Origin: Sminthopsis crassicaudata
Lineage: Eukaryota
Reading direction: 5' to 3'
Assembly: GCF_048593235.1 (NCBI RefSeq)
Contig: NC_133622.1
Span: 246,950,055 to 247,014,054 of the forward strand
DNA: 64,000 nt
The translations under genes were made by a program, and so were the position numbers. The notes under the pieces are model-generated. The model searched no databases and was not told the origin of the DNA. It saw nothing but the letters and a program-made list of their open reading frames with translations. Below, piece by piece: positions 45,054 to 59,045 of this stretch. Each line of letters begins with the position of its first letter. The first letter of the stretch is position 1.

Positions 45054-45812
45054 AACTAAGGTCAATGATATAAGATTTTTAATTTGTGTTATTTATTGAA
45101 ATCAAATTTACACTAACTCTTTAGACCAAAGATATAAATACAATCAGTGTGCAATTTTACTTACTCTAGATATAGAACAGTTCTGTGAAACTCTTTATTT
45201 GAGAAACAATTACTTCATTTTCATCTCTAAAAGGTCTTTTCCTAAGTCTAATGTAAAACCATAAATTCTTGATTTCATCAGGTTACTTTATCTTTTTAGG
45301 TTAAAGTTCAGAATAGACTCCCCATATAAAGGGATTTGGAGGAGGTTCTGACAGAATGGAGAAAACCATTCTTACTAATCTATTAAGTGTCCTGGAAATG
45401 ACCTAGGATAGTACTGAATTATCTCAGATGATCACCCATCTAGAAGTGATGAGTCTAGTCCAACCACCTCATTTTCAATTTGAAGTGAGGTTCCTGGAAG
45501 TTTGATGATTTGATGTCAATGTAAACATTGACAGGATTTGGATCCAGGTCCTCTTATTCCAAAGCCAATACATTTCCCCCACTATTCCATAGCTGCCACC
45601 ACTACTGAGATGGATGTTTCCTCCCATTATACAGATTGCAATGTGTGACTTCTCCATACTCTCCCATGTGTTGTAAGGATCTATCCAATATGAGAAATCG
45701 TCGTTGCTTTCTCCATCATATGTCGATGCAACTTGGGCTGTCTCATCCCTTGCCCTATAACTTATCCTATAACATCATTGCTTGATATATCTTTTTAAGG
45801 TTCCTCATTTGT

Positions 45813-46163
45813 TGTAAAGGGATGAAACTCTTGAGTTAATGCACTGAGGTTGGAAAACCGACCACTTAAGGCTAATTACCCATTGGACAATACTCTATTA
45901 GAATATGCTTGGAAAATGGCCCTTCCCACTATCCTGTGCTGGCCCAATCATTTGGTGTATACAGAGAATTATGGGAGGGGGAGAGTGAGACTAGCCAGAG
46001 TCACTTCTGGGAGGGCCTAGAGGAAGAGATGAGGTAGCGGAGATCTTACTCGTCCATTCCCTTCACTTCTACTGCTAAAGACCAAGAACAAAGACCAAGG
46101 ACTTTTGCTTATCCTGACTCCAACTGATTTCAAGGTATCCAGGATGCTAATGCGGTCATCACA
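45813..46163. mobile_element. Solo LTR (351 bp)
   Basis: TGTAAAGG...CATCACA termini with a 6-bp TSD ATTTGT (45807-45812 / 46164-46169). Confidence 0.7.
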
Positions 46164-46331
46164 ATTTGTTATATTTAGGAGCTTGCTCCCACCTCTCCTG
46201 AAATTATTGTTCATATTTTGTATGCCATTTCAATTTGTCAACAAAAATAATGCCTGGGGATTTTTAGTGAATTTTAATGTAGAGTTAGCATGGCTTCTAG
46301 TTCAGGACATCTATCTACAAATTCAGTTACT

Positions 46332-46450
46332 TGGGGCAGTAAGGAGGCACAGTGGATAGAGAACAAGCCCTGGAATCAAGAGGACTTGAGTTTAAATACA
46401 TCCCCAGACACTTAACTAGCTGTATGACACTGGCCACGCACTTCAATTGC
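46332..46450 (+). mobile_element. tRNA-derived SINE head (MAR1/WSINE type)
   Basis: ggggcagtaaggaggcacagtggatagag...ttgagtttaaat A/B-box head. Confidence 0.7.
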
Positions 46451-46679
46451 CTTCCTCCTCCCCCAATCCAGTCACTAGATGAGTTGGGCAAGCTTCTTAA
46501 TCTCTGTATGATTTTCTAGGCATTTCTGAAGAATGTATTACATGCAGTGGCTGAGAGTATACCCTAGAAATTACAGATCCTGTTAGAGGAATTTTAATAA
46601 TGATCAAGTAGTGGTCCAGATTAGAGCACTGAAATTGAGGTTTAAAGAATTCATAGATATATAATGACAACATAGAAAT

Positions 46680-47150
46680 TGGAGAGGATTTTGGGAAGGT
46701 GGAAGAATAGGTCAGAAAATTCCAAACTCTCCAGATTTTCCCCACAAAACAAAATTGCACCTCAGGGCAAATGTAGGCCAGTGAAAAATGTAAAGCTTGG
46801 AGCAGAATAGAAAGACCCTGGACCAAGGATGCTGTAAAGTGTACATATCTCCAGGCTAGTTCTATGAAACATCAGAGAGCCATGGTGTTAAATGGGTTCA
46901 ACAAGGCCTCAGCCCCAACCACAGAAATTTGCAATGATTGGACAACATTTAAGTCTGGGAAGATTTGCTGATAAGGAACACCAGATTCACCTATGCTGCA
47001 GAGACGGTGTTCCTGCTAGAAGGAACTGGCATACTGGGAATGCAAAAGCAGATGGGATGGGAAGCTGCCGGTTGACTGCACTTACAGAAAGGGGGAGTTT
47101 CTTGGTTTGGGGCTTCAGACTAGAGAGGAAAATTGATGATTCTTGAAGCT
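46680..47150 (+). mobile_element. L1/HAL1 5' UTR fragment
   Basis: gaggattttgggaaggtggaagaataggtcagaaaattcc is paralogous to the head at 59445. Confidence 0.6.
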
Positions 47151-47299
47151 GACACACCTTCCTTCCTACTCCAAGATTAGAGGTAATTGTACTAACAAGC
47201 TTTTATTTAAAAGATTTTCTATTTAATTCGTTAGATTTGACTGAGTACAATGCTAACAATTGTTAGACTTGTGCTTTAGGAAGTCTCTTTTACAGCTGA

Positions 47300-48700
47300 A
47301 TGAATGATAGATTAGAATAAAAATGAGGCAGGGAAACCAACCAGAAACTAATTGCAATTATCCAGGGATAATCTGGGTGGCAGCTATATAAGGGAAAGGA
47401 AGAAGTCATTGGTGAGACACATTGTGAAAATAGAAATGATGAGGTTTCACAAGAAATTGGCCATATGGAGTAGGGATAACTGAGGGGTGCCCTTGATAGT
47501 ACTAGGAGAGCTCAGTTTAAAAAAAAAAAAAGATTTGAGGAGGAAAATAATGAAAAATAATTCAGGTATGTTGAGAGGCTTAGAGAATATCTCATTCAAA
47601 ATAATCAAAAGGCAGTTGGTGATGGAAGACTAGAGTCTGAGAGAAATGTGAGTTGGATTATAAATCAAGGAATAATCTGCATAAAGATGATAATTAAACC
47701 TATGGGAACTAATGAGGTTATTAGCTAGGATAGTATAGAAGAAAAGAAGAGGGCCTGAAATAACTGATCAGTCAGTCAGTAAACATTTATTATTGCTGAA
47801 AACAATAATCTCCATCCTTGGAGGTGCTCAAAACCAAACTGAGTGACAATGTGTAAATTACATGCAAAACAAATTCTATGTGAGATAAATGTAAAATAAA
47901 GGAAAGCACTAGAATTGAGAGGTTGCCTTCCTGAAGGTGGCATTGAAGCTGGGACCTAAAAGATGCCATTTTAAAAAGACAAAAGGCAGAGACTTAGGGG
48001 ATATAGCATTCCAGGGATGGTAAAATTGCCTGCATTTGGGAGATGGAATTTTCTTGGGCCGGGATCAGCAGTTGAAAGAGTGTGTAGCAAGGAGCAATGT
48101 GTAAAAAGACTGGAAAGGAAGGAGGGGGACAAGATAGTGAAGGATTTTAAACTCCAAGGAGAAGATTCTTGTATTGAATCTTAGAGAAAGCAGGGAGCTA
48201 CTGAAGTTTGAATAGGACCACTAACAGTAAACCAGGCATGAGATGACATAGCTCTGTCCCACAGTAGGGGGTAGTATTAGTGGTGGAAAGGAGGCACAGC
48301 ATGGTCAAGATTTATTGCAGATGGAGAATTAACAGGACACGGTACAAAGGTGAAACTGATAGGCCTTGATAACAGCTTGGCTTTAGTAGTGGCAGAGAGG
48401 GAGGGAAGGAGGATGGGGGAGAGTGATGAGAAAGTAAGAGTCAAGAATCCAGAGGTTGTGAGTCTGGGGGTCTGGAAGACAGTGTTGCCCTGGGCAAAAG
48501 TAGTGAAGCTTGGAAGTGGGGAAAAATAGAAGGAAAGGCAATGAATGAGTTCAGTTGTGCATGTATTAAGATCTCTACAGGTTATAAAGTTCAATATATC
48601 TAATAGTCAGGTAGTGATGGAGATCTATTGAGATGGTTAGAGCAGGATAAGTAGATGTGAGAGTCATAAGCATAATCAGGAGTTGAATTTATTGGGAAAA
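47300..48700 (-). mobile_element. L2 fragments
   Basis: Reverse L2 3' end (tcagtcagtaaacatttatt) and purine-rich reverse ORF2 sequence. Confidence 0.6.
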
Positions 48701-48879
48701 AGTATGTTTAGTAATTATAGATTTTAGACAAAGTCAAACTTAAAGATTCAAACAAGAGAGAAATCTACATTATATGTCAGCCATACTAATTTTGTTTTAG
48801 ATGCATGTTTACATATGTCTCAATGTGTGTGTGTGTGTGTATGTGTGTGTCTGGGTATATTTAGATATGTATTCAGTAT

Positions 48880-49310
48880 TTAGATAGCTCTATGTATATG
48901 TATATATAGATATATGTATGTGTGTGGATCTATGGATGAGTGTGAATGTATATGTATACATATTTGTACTGAATGGGTAGGTATATGTGTATCTATGTAT
49001 AATATCTATTAAATATATCTTATGAGGGGGGATTAAAAGAAAAAAAAGAATAAAGCTTGAAAAGTAAGCAATAGAGAACAAAAGAAAAACCAATAATAAG
49101 TAAAAAAATATGGATACATAAATATAATTTCTTCTATTGTTATGTATTCTTTCTTTAACTGGAAATTTATTGCTATATATTTTGAGTCCTCTCTGATGTT
49201 CTACTGGGTACATGACAATGTTCTGCTTTATTTTGTTTTGCTTTATTTTTCTTTTCTGTCTCTTTTTTCTATTCCTTCTTTTTAAATAAACAATTTATTT
49301 TAAAAGAGAA
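48880..49310 (+). mobile_element. 3' end of a HAL1/L1-type element
   Basis: Similar to 61380-61640 (tttattg..atatattttga.tcct..ctgatgttct..tggg.ac..gacaatgttct). Confidence 0.65.
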
Positions 49311-51444
49311 TTGTAATCATAGATATGCTTACTGAGTCCATGGAGCTGATGAGATCACCAAATAAAGGAGTACAGAGAGAGAAAAGAAAAGGATCCAGAA
49401 CAGAGAGCCTTGTGGGACACCTGGTAAACAAGCATGACTAGGATAACTATTTATTTTGTTTGATTTTTTAAATAGAAAAAGAAAGACAGAAAACAAAACA
49501 AGATAAAACATTGTCATGTGCCCAGCAGAACATTAGGAGGATTCAAAATATGTAACAATAAATTTTCAGTTCAGATATATAACAGTAGAAGAAATTATAT
49601 TCACAAGTATCCATCTTTTCTTTGTTTCCTTATAGGTTATTCTTTTATTCTCTGCAGTGTACATTTTTACTTTATTCTTTTTTTTTCCCCTTTTCATCCT
49701 CCTCCAACTCCCCCAATCAGGTTACAATTAATCAAGATATACACACACACATACAAATACATTTTACACATATATATGTATGTATTCAGACACACATACA
49801 TATATCTATATGCTCACATATACCTAATGTGCATACACACATTCACACATATATACATACATATTTACACATATGTAGACATGTACTTGAAACAATATTA
49901 AAGCCGACACATAATGTAGATTTCTCTCTTGATTGAATCTTTAAGTTTAATTTTAATATCAATGATTACTAGCCCTACTTTTTTTTTCTAATGAATTCTA
50001 CTCCTGACCCTTGTTATAGTATTTATGTATATTTTTTTATTTCTTATCCCGACTAACTCTTCTACTTTAATTCTACTCTTTAATTTGCCTTGCTGGTTAG
50101 TTAATCTCCTCCCACCCATAGATCCCTCTCTTATCTTCTTCCTCCAGCTTTTGCTCACCTCTTTATTCCATTCCCAGTAATCTTCAGATCATATCCTACT
50201 CCAATCCATCTAAACACCCATGTGACCTAGCTTATTCTATGCCACTCTTTCCCTTTTCACTTAATCTACACATCTTGTCCCATACATCAATCTACATATT
50301 CTTCTATACCCCACCTTAACCTATTCTCCCCTAAATTTTTTTATAGATTTTGGAGGGTGCTATACCTTTCATGGTATATATTGTTCCCTATTTGAATAGG
50401 TTTTCAAAACGATCAGCTGTTACAAGAGCCACCTGCTAGTTACTGAACAGATCCTTTTATGTGAGAGGATGATGATACAAAGAGACTGAGAGGCACTTGC
50501 ATTCTCTAAAACCTCTACTTTTCCCTCTTGCCTCTGATTTATATCATTCTCAATTCACAAGCAACATCTGCATCAGTAAATTTGTTAACTTAAATAAAAG
50601 CAGATTTTCAACTCCTAAACTCTGTTCTCAAGTGTATTGTGATTCACAGCTACGGGGGCTTCAGAGATCCGACCTACCCCTTGATGGCACAGTCCCCTTT
50701 GACCCTTTATAGACTTTCTGAGTTTCACACTTAGGTATTGTCCTCTGTACCTCTATATCAATTCTTTCTCTGCACCTCATTTGTGTAGCATGATTACTAT
50801 TTTTACCTTTTCTTAAGAGTTTTGATTTCTAAAGTCAGATCATATTCAGCTTTTCCCCAATCTTTCTTTTGAGCTACCCAATTACTAATGTCAATCCTAA
50901 ATATATAGTGTACATTTCCACATAAAAAAAAATAAACATTTTGTTCTTGTTGAGTTCCTTGAAATTAATTTTTGAAATTGACATATTAAATTTCTGTTTA
51001 GATTTGGTTGTGACAAAGTCCTGAAGATGTTTATTTTTTTCATTCAATATTATGATTAATTTTGCTGGATTTAATATATTTTGGCCACAGGCCTAGTTAT
51101 TTTGATTGTCAATATATATTATTCAAGAATCTGCAGTCTTAAAGCTGCTAATAAGTCCTGTACAATTCTAATTGTAGCTCCAGCATATTTGAATTTTTAT
51201 TCTTGTTTCTTGCAGAAGTTTCTCTTTGACCTGGGAGTTTTGAAATTCAGCAATAATATTCCTTTTTTATATAAGTTTTTTTTTTCAAAATACATGCAAA
51301 AAGAGTTTTCAACCATTCACTCTTTTTTTTTATTATGCATGGGTAATTTTTCAGCATTTACAGTTGCAAAACCTTTTGTTCCAGTTTTTCCCCTCCTTCG
51401 TCCCACCCCCTTCCCCAGGTACAATACTGAACATTGAACATATA

Positions 51445-51840
51445 CTTTTTTTATAACTTTTTATTGACAGAAAATATGCATGGGTAATTTTTTACAACAT
51501 TATCCCTTGCACTCACTTCTGTTCCAACTTTTCCCTTCCCTCCCTCCACCCCCTCCCCTAGATGGCAGGCAGTCTTATACATGTTAAATATGTTATAGTA
51601 TATCCTAGATACAATATATTGTGCAGAACCCAAAAGTTCTCTTGTTGCACAGGGAGAATTGGATTCAGAAGGTAAAAATAACCTGGGAAGAAAAACAAAA
51701 ATGCAAACAGTTCACACTCATTTCCCAGTGTTCCTTCTCTGGGTGTAGCTGATTCTGTCCATCATTGATCAATTGGAACTGAATTAGATCTTCTCTTTGT
51801 CAAAAATATCCACTTCCATCAGAATACATTCTCATACATC
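51445..51840 (-). mobile_element. Young L1 3' UTR, antisense
   Basis: Close reverse complement of the L1 3' UTR at 640-1060. Confidence 0.85.
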
Positions 51841-51965
51841 GTTCAACCATTCATTCTTGCAAAACCTTGTGTTCCAAATTTTTCTTCCTTCCTCCAACTC
51901 CCATTCCTTAGACAGCAAGTAATCTAATATATCTTAAACATGTGCAATTCTTCTACACATATTTC

Positions 51966-52371
51966 TGTTAGGATTACTAGGTGAGAACTCAGATTGTCTA
52001 GACAATGACAAGGTGAGAATTCAGGTTGTCTGGACAATTACAAGGTGAGAACTCAGGTTGACTTGATAAGAGGAGCAAGCTCAGTGGTTGGAGTACTTCC
52101 TCCCAGAAGCCCTTGCATTATCCCACGCCCATTCTCTGGGAGGATAAAAGAGGACACCACTCCAGAGATAAGAGAAGACTCTGCACTACATCAGGCCTGA
52201 CGGGGCTCTCTGCAGGAAGGGAAGTCACTTCTCTGGACAAGAGTTAACAGCAACTGCCTGGAGATACTGGTTCACTACAGGAAGAAGAATCTGTCCAAGA
52301 AATTTGAGTTGACACAGCAGATCTCCTCCCAGAGGGTGATCGGCAGCGTCTGGAGACAACAGCACGCTACA
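51966..52371. mobile_element. Solo LTR (406 bp) with an internal 3 x ~32-bp tandem
   Basis: TGTTAGG...GCTACA termini, 6-bp TSD TATTTC (51960-51965 / 52372-52377), and aggtgagaa(c/t)tcag repeated three times. Confidence 0.8.
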
Positions 52372-53949
52372 TATTTCTATATTTGCTGCACAAGAAAAAT
52401 CAGATCAAAGAGGAGAAAAAGTGAGAGAAAAAAAGTAAGCAAACAACAACAGAAATAGTAGAAATACTCTATGTTGATATATATTCAGTTCCCACCATCC
52501 TCTATCTGAATGTAGATTGCTCTCTCCATCACAAGTCTATTAGAATTTACCTGAATCACCTTGTTTTGAGAAGAGCTAAGTCCATCCAAATTGATTATCT
52601 TATTGTTGCTGTGCACAATGTTCTCTTATTTCTACTCACTTCACATAACTTCATGTAAGTCAGTCCGGGCCTCTGTGAAATCATCCTGCTAATTATTTCT
52701 TATGGAACAATAATATTCCATAAAGCAATAATATTCTTGTGTCTTTTCCATAAAGGATCTCTTTGAAATAGGTGAGTTTTTTCTATTTCTACTTTCCCCC
52801 CCCATATTTTATCATTCCAAGACAATTTTCTTGGATTATTTCTTGCATTATTGAGTCAAGGTTCTTTTTTTTGATCATAGCTTTCAGGTAATCCAATTAT
52901 TCTTATATTTTTCTCATCTTAATCTCCGGATCTTTTGTTTTTCTTATGTTTCACCTTCTGTTTTATTTTTTCATTCTTTATATTTTTCTTTGATATTTCT
53001 TGATCTCATAGCTTCCTCTTGTCCAATTCTATTTTTCAAAGAATTATTTTCATCTTGACTCTATCTCTTTGTGGGGGAATCTGGAGAGCTGGGAATTTTC
53101 TGACTTACTCTTCCATCTTTCTTGGATGAATATTCAGCAAAAAAAAAAAATGAGAGAAGAAACAAATCACTTGGACAGGAGGAGATCAAAGAAAGAAGAG
53201 TATCTAAAGAAAAAGGAAGAACAAGGAATGGTGAATAATCAACAGTGTCAAAGAGAAAGATATGGGTTAAGAAAAGGTGACTGGACTTGGTAATTAAGAG
53301 TTTAATTCTAATTCTGGAGAATTCAAGTCCAGTTGAATGATGATCTTAAAAGTTGGCCTATGGTTAAGACAACGGTGAGGAGAAGTAGTAGTTATGCCTG
53401 TTGTGGATGGCTTTCTCCAGAAGTTTAGCCAAGAATAGAAGAGATATGACATGGTGATGGATAGCAGACAGACCTCTGGATGGCATTCATCCTTAATAGG
53501 CATGACCTAGATCTAGCAAAGGAAACTAAAAAAATGTGCTCAGATAGGTAATATCCCAAAATAATATCCCAAAGACCTGGAGAAGAGAGAATAACTAGGA
53601 AGGTTTGACTAACAATATCATATGATGTAGATGGGTCAAGAAAGGTGAGCACAGAGAAAAGATCAGTCCATATAGCTGAAATCCATTCAAACAAACACTT
53701 GTGTTCCTACTGTTTGCCATTCAGCACGGAGTCTCCCACCACTACTATCTCATGCCTCTGTCCCAAGCTTATAATATGGTTCCCAAATTCCTCATTTTCT
53801 CTTATTCTCTAGATGATCTATGGCATATTATCGCAGGGCATTGAAGGCCAGTTCTCCATGGACAAGAAATAATGAGCACTGAGCACATAAATCTCTGAAA
53901 GCACTTAAGGCAAATGTCCACTACCCTCTGATGATAAGATGACAGTATC

Positions 53950-54660
53950 CTGTCTAATTTTTTTTTAACACACATTGTTTTATGAATCATGTTGGGAGAG
54001 AAAAATTAGAGCAAAATGGAAAAATCATGGGAAAGATTAAAAAAACAGAAAAAAAAGAAGTGAACACAAATCGTGTTGATTTGCATTGTCTTCTCAGTTC
54101 TTTTTCTGGATGAAGATAGCATTTTCTATTCAAAGTCTATCGGATTGCCTTGGATCACTGAACCACTGAGAAAAACCAAACCTTTCATAGTTGATCATTG
54201 TACATTCTTGCTGTTATTGTGTACAATGTATTCATGATTCTGCTCATTTAACTCATTAAAAGTTCACATAAATTATTCCAGGCCTTCCTTTCTAAAATCA
54301 TCTTGTTCATCAATTTTATAGAATAATATTTCATTACCTTCATGTACCACAACTTCTTCAGCCATTCCCCAAATAATGGACATCCAATCATTTTCCAATT
54401 CTTTGCTACTACAAAAAGAGCTGCTATAAATGGTTTTGTACATGTGGGTCCCTTTCCCTCCTTTATGATTTCTTTGGGATATAGACTCAGTAATGGCATT
54501 GCTAGGTCAAAGTGTATGCAGAATGACAGCCCATTGGGCATAGTTCCAGATTGCTCTCCAGAATGGTTGGATCAGTTCACAACTCTACCAACATTGCACT
54601 AGTGTCCCCAGTTTTCCCACATCCCCTCCAACACTTATCTTTTCCTATCATCTTAGAGGT
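53950..54660 (-). mobile_element. L1 3' portion, antisense
   Basis: Reverse ORF2 peptide IHFDLAMPLLSLYPKEIIKEGKGPTCTKPFIAALFVVAKNWK. Confidence 0.88.
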
Positions 54661-57399
54661 GTGAAGTGGTGCCTCAGAATTGTCTAAATCTGCATTTCTA
54701 TAATAGTGACTTAAGAGAATTTTTTCTTGTAACTGTAGCACCTACAGTGATAATTATTCAAATATGTTCATCATGTGGTCTCTTGATTTTCCCACGAGTA
54801 TATATTCTGAGGATTACAATGATACTCCCCAACCAGTCTTTGCCTATTTCAGCCTTTATGAACACCACATATTTTTCCACCTTTCTTCTGTGTGTAGGTC
54901 TTATTTTACTAATTTTCTGTAGTTTCCATGAGGCTAAGTTAGCCTTCTGGCATTTAAATCTCTGGGGTAGCTACATGGCACCATAAGGCATACAGTGTCA
55001 GACATCTTCCTGAGTTCAAATCCAGCCATGTGGCCTAGCCATGTGACCCTGTGAAAATCACTTTAACCTTTTTGCTTCAGTTTCCAGTAAAATGCCTCAT
55101 CTGTCAGCATCTCTACCAAGAAAACCCTACAATGGAGCCTCAGATATCAGAGATTAAAGAAAAACACAATTTAAATCTCTACTACCTCCTGTTTATTTCC
55201 CACTTTGTCCACTTTAAAGCAGACATTTAAAGACATAGTATTTGCTATTAGCTCCTCTATTACATTTTTGTCTCTCATGAACATCTAGATGTCTTTACTA
55301 CTATTCTTTTTATAACACTGTAGAAAGTCTTCCTTTCATCTACCTTAGTGTATTCTATATACATAAATAGCCCCTGCCCCTTACTTTTCAGCAAGACTCC
55401 ATATCCACCCCTGTTTGAGACATGCTATCTCTGGCCAGAGTACCACTACTCTCATATTTGAATCCAGGATCCAGAATTCATGACATTTTCAGAAACCACC
55501 TTCTCCACTACCCCTATCTACATCTCTCTTCTGTAATAGGCCAGTAGGCATTAGTGGTGGAGGCCTTATGACCTTGGGATGTCTTGTCTAAGATGTCAAG
55601 CAGTAGTATCTAAATTCCTTCTTAGACTTTCATTGGTGCCAATTGAAAATCATGAGAATGAGTTGGAGGTTCGACAAGCCTTGAAAAGTTCCCTATCACA
55701 TCTTGGAAATATGCCCCAGGAAGAGAGGGAACTTGGCTATAGCAGTTGTTAGGTAGGAAACAGGCAAGTGTTTATGAAGCATTCACTATGTTCCAGGCTC
55801 TCTGACAAGTGCTGGACATACAAATACAAACAAAACAAAAAGCAGCCTCTGCCCTGTAAGAGGCAAGGCAGCACACAAAGCAGAGCAGAAAAGCAGAAGC
55901 AGGGAGTTATCTCTATGGAGGAAGCCCAGATAGTCGGGAGCCCAGCCAAGAGGGGAATGTCAGATCTCTGTGGCCTAGACATGTCTGCAGGAAGGCACTG
56001 ATGGCTGCTGCTCACTTCTTCTTCCAAATGAGGCGTCCTTGCCAGCATCTCGGGATCAACAGGACTTTTTGAGGATGGAAAGCAACTGCTTCTCTTCAGA
56101 GTTTAGCCCAGACCAGACCATCTCTGATGGCCCTTTCAGCTTTAATAACAGCAATGACAGTTAACATTTGAAGATTTGCAAAGTGCCATCTCCTTTAGCC
56201 TTGAAGTAAAGTCATAGTATGACTGTCTGAGTCAGAACAGTCTGACTGTCTGAGTGTCTGAGGCAGGATTTAACTTCAGGCCTTCCAGAATCCAAGCCTA
56301 GGACTTCCCCCACTGGCCACCTAGTCTCTCTACAACTCTGACCCATTCCCCAGGAAGTCTCCCCGCCATTGCTCAGCATGGAGTGGTCACTGGTCCTCCT
56401 TCCCTTTCTCTTCCAGATGACAATCCTTCAGCCCCTAGTCTCTTGACGCCCATCAGGACTCCCTCATGTCCTTTTCGGTAATTGACATTCTTGGTTTTCA
56501 CAGTAAAGGCCTTCTTTCAGTGGCAATGTCATGGCAGTCAAAATATTAATAGCTAAAAGATGACTTAAGGGGAGGAGGCCTGAACAAGACCAGCTAAGGG
56601 AATGGAGGTAAAATCAGATAACCTAAGCAATGCCTTCAAGAAAGCTGTGAGAACTTTTCTTAGTTTCTCCCACTTGTTGTTTAACAGGAAATTTAGCTGT
56701 ATTTGTTTAAAAATCTCTGGATTTAGAGTCAGAGAATCTTGGCTCAAATCCAGCCTCTGATGGTAATATGGGCAAGTCACTTCCCTTCTGGGCCTCTGTT
56801 TTCTCTTATGGAAAATGAGACAGGTAGACTAAGTGGAATCTATATTCCCTTTCCAACTCTGGGACATAAGACCTGAATTTAAATTCTACCTAAAATTTGA
56901 ACTTCCTTCCTTTAATGTTTATTGTGTGTGTAATTATAGATAAGTTCTCCTCCCCCTCTTTGGGTCTCCGTTCTTCTTCTGTAAAATGAAAGGAATGGCC
57001 TGGATGACCACCCTAGTCCCTTCTAATGCAAAATCTACAATCCTATGGCAGTATTCTTTCCATTCTCTATTTCAATTTGTTGCTGCTCTTTTTTTCCTTT
57101 GCTAATATTCTCTTCCTATTCAATGATCTTGAAAATCATTACCTGTTACTGTTTTGTATAGGAACTGCTCCCTTCCCCCAGTAGAATGGAAGCCCACTGA
57201 AGTCAGACAATTTTTCACTTTTTATTCCTATTTCCAGATCTTGGTAGGTGCTTAATAAATAATTACCCTACAAAGATAACAAGTAAATGCCCACTGGATT
57301 TGATTGTATAATAGATGTATCAATGACAATCTCAAACTTCTAAATATAAGAGAACTTCTTCAATGAGATCAACACTCAATCAAGGAGACTAATTTTACA

Positions 57400-58380
57400 A
57401 CTTCCACACAACTCCAGGAAGAACTGAATGAAGAATCCCTAATGTCTAGACTACAATATGAAATTTGGTGAGCAGTCCAGTGAGTCAGTTTATCAGTCCA
57501 TCCATCTCAGATTAGCCCTGAAAATGAAGAATGAGCTGAGCAGACTCAAATCTGAATGAGGGAGAGGGGAGAGGGAGAAACAACAACAACTAATTATTCA
57601 ACACTTAATGAAGAAGATTTTGAAAAGAGCTTTGAACCACAATGTATACTCTTCCTCAATGGCCAAAAGAGAAAGAAGAATTACAAGAGCAGAATTTATA
57701 ACCTGCACAGTAGAAACAATTGTCAGATTAGAAAAACTTGAATCTATGATGACTAGTCCTACCAAAGAAACAAAAGAGAGGACAACTGATTGAGAATGCA
57801 AATGCAAAGAAATATACAACAATGTAGAAGAAAGGATGCAAAAGCAATAACATTAAAAGAAAGCATGCCCTCCATACAAACAAAACATAAGGATCTTGAA
57901 GGCAGGATTCACAGACACAGGATCATAGGGCTTCCAAAAGAACACAAGTTTTAAAAAAATCTGAATGCTCTCTAATGGAAGAAATAAAATAAGGGGAAAA
58001 AATCCAGAACTTTGCAATGATAAAAACAAAGTGTTAATAGAAAGAAACTACTGATTGTCTCCAGAAAAATAAAATCTCCAGACCAAGATATCTGGTGGTT
58101 AAATTTGACAATTCCATTGAGAACCAACAGATTCAGCAAGTGACCAAAAGAAAGATCTTCAAATACAAATGAAAGGAAATTAGAGTAACATAAGATTCTA
58201 AGAGAAGAAGAAATACTGGAACAATGTATTTCAAAGAGCAATGGAGCTTACAATGAAGGAGCGTGACCTAATTTGCAAATTCGATCCTAACCATGAATTT
58301 AAAAAAAAAAAAAGACTGATATTGAACAATAAAGAGGCATTTAAAACCTTCTTAGAAAACTAGACCTGATCAAAGGATAT
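57400..58380 (+). mobile_element. Degraded L1/HAL1 ORF1-like region
   Basis: LEGRIHRHRIIGLPKE resembles the ORF1 RRM motif LENRSRRNNLRIIGLPE. Confidence 0.5.
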
Positions 58381-58389
58381 GAAAACAAT

Positions 58390-59045
58390 TTTCAGATGAA
58401 GAAATTAAAACCATTTCTAGTCATATGAAAAGGTGCTCTAGGGGGCAGCTAGGTGGCGCAGTGGATAGAGCACCAGCCTTGAATTCAGGAGGACCCGAGT
58501 TCAAATCTGGTCTCAGACACTTAACACCTCCTAGCTGTGTGACCCTGGGCAAGTCACTTAACCCCAGCCTCAGGAAAAAAAAAAAAAAAAGAAAGAAAGA
58601 AAAAAGAAAAGGTGCTCTAAGTCACTATTGAGCAGAGAAATGCAAATTAAGACAATTCTGAGATACCACTACACAGCTCTCAGATTGGCTAGGATGACAG
58701 GAAAAGATAATGATAAATGTTGGAGGGGATGTGAGAAAACTTGGATGCTAAAACATTGTTGGTGGAATTGTGAATAGATCCAGGCAGTCTACCAATTTGG
58801 AACTATGCTCAAAAAATTATCAAACTATGCATACCCTTTGATCCAGCAATGTTTATACTGAACTTATATCCCAAAGAGATCTTAAAGGAGAGAAAGGGAC
58901 CCAAATGTGCAAAAATATTTGTGGCAGCCCTTTTTCTAGTGGCAAGGAACTGGAAACTGAATGGATGCCTATCAATTGGAAAATGACTAAATAAGTTATG
59001 GTATATGAATGTTATGGAATATTATTGTTCTATAAGAAACAATCA
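58390..59045 (+). mobile_element. L1 ORF2 3' fragment interrupted by WSINE1
   Basis: Close similarity to positions 55-540 of this window. Confidence 0.88.
58441..58605 (+). mobile_element. Young full-length WSINE1
   Basis: Complete head-to-A-tail element with CpGs retained. 14-bp TSD GAAAAGGTGCTCTA (58427-58440 / 58606-58619). Confidence 0.95.

Larger units (their letters stand above)
49450..53060 (-). mobile_element. HAL1/L1-type element, antisense, with nested L1 3' ends and an LTR
   Basis: Begins with the reverse complement of the same 3' end. Reverse ORF1-like sequence at ~50850-51250 and ~52740-53060. Confidence 0.6.

Noticed and set aside
48820-49010. (TG)n/(TA)n-rich stretch and the H/T/Y-rich ORFs at 48890-49936
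   Set aside because: Simple repeats within TE 3' regions; the ORFs are low-complexity artefacts.
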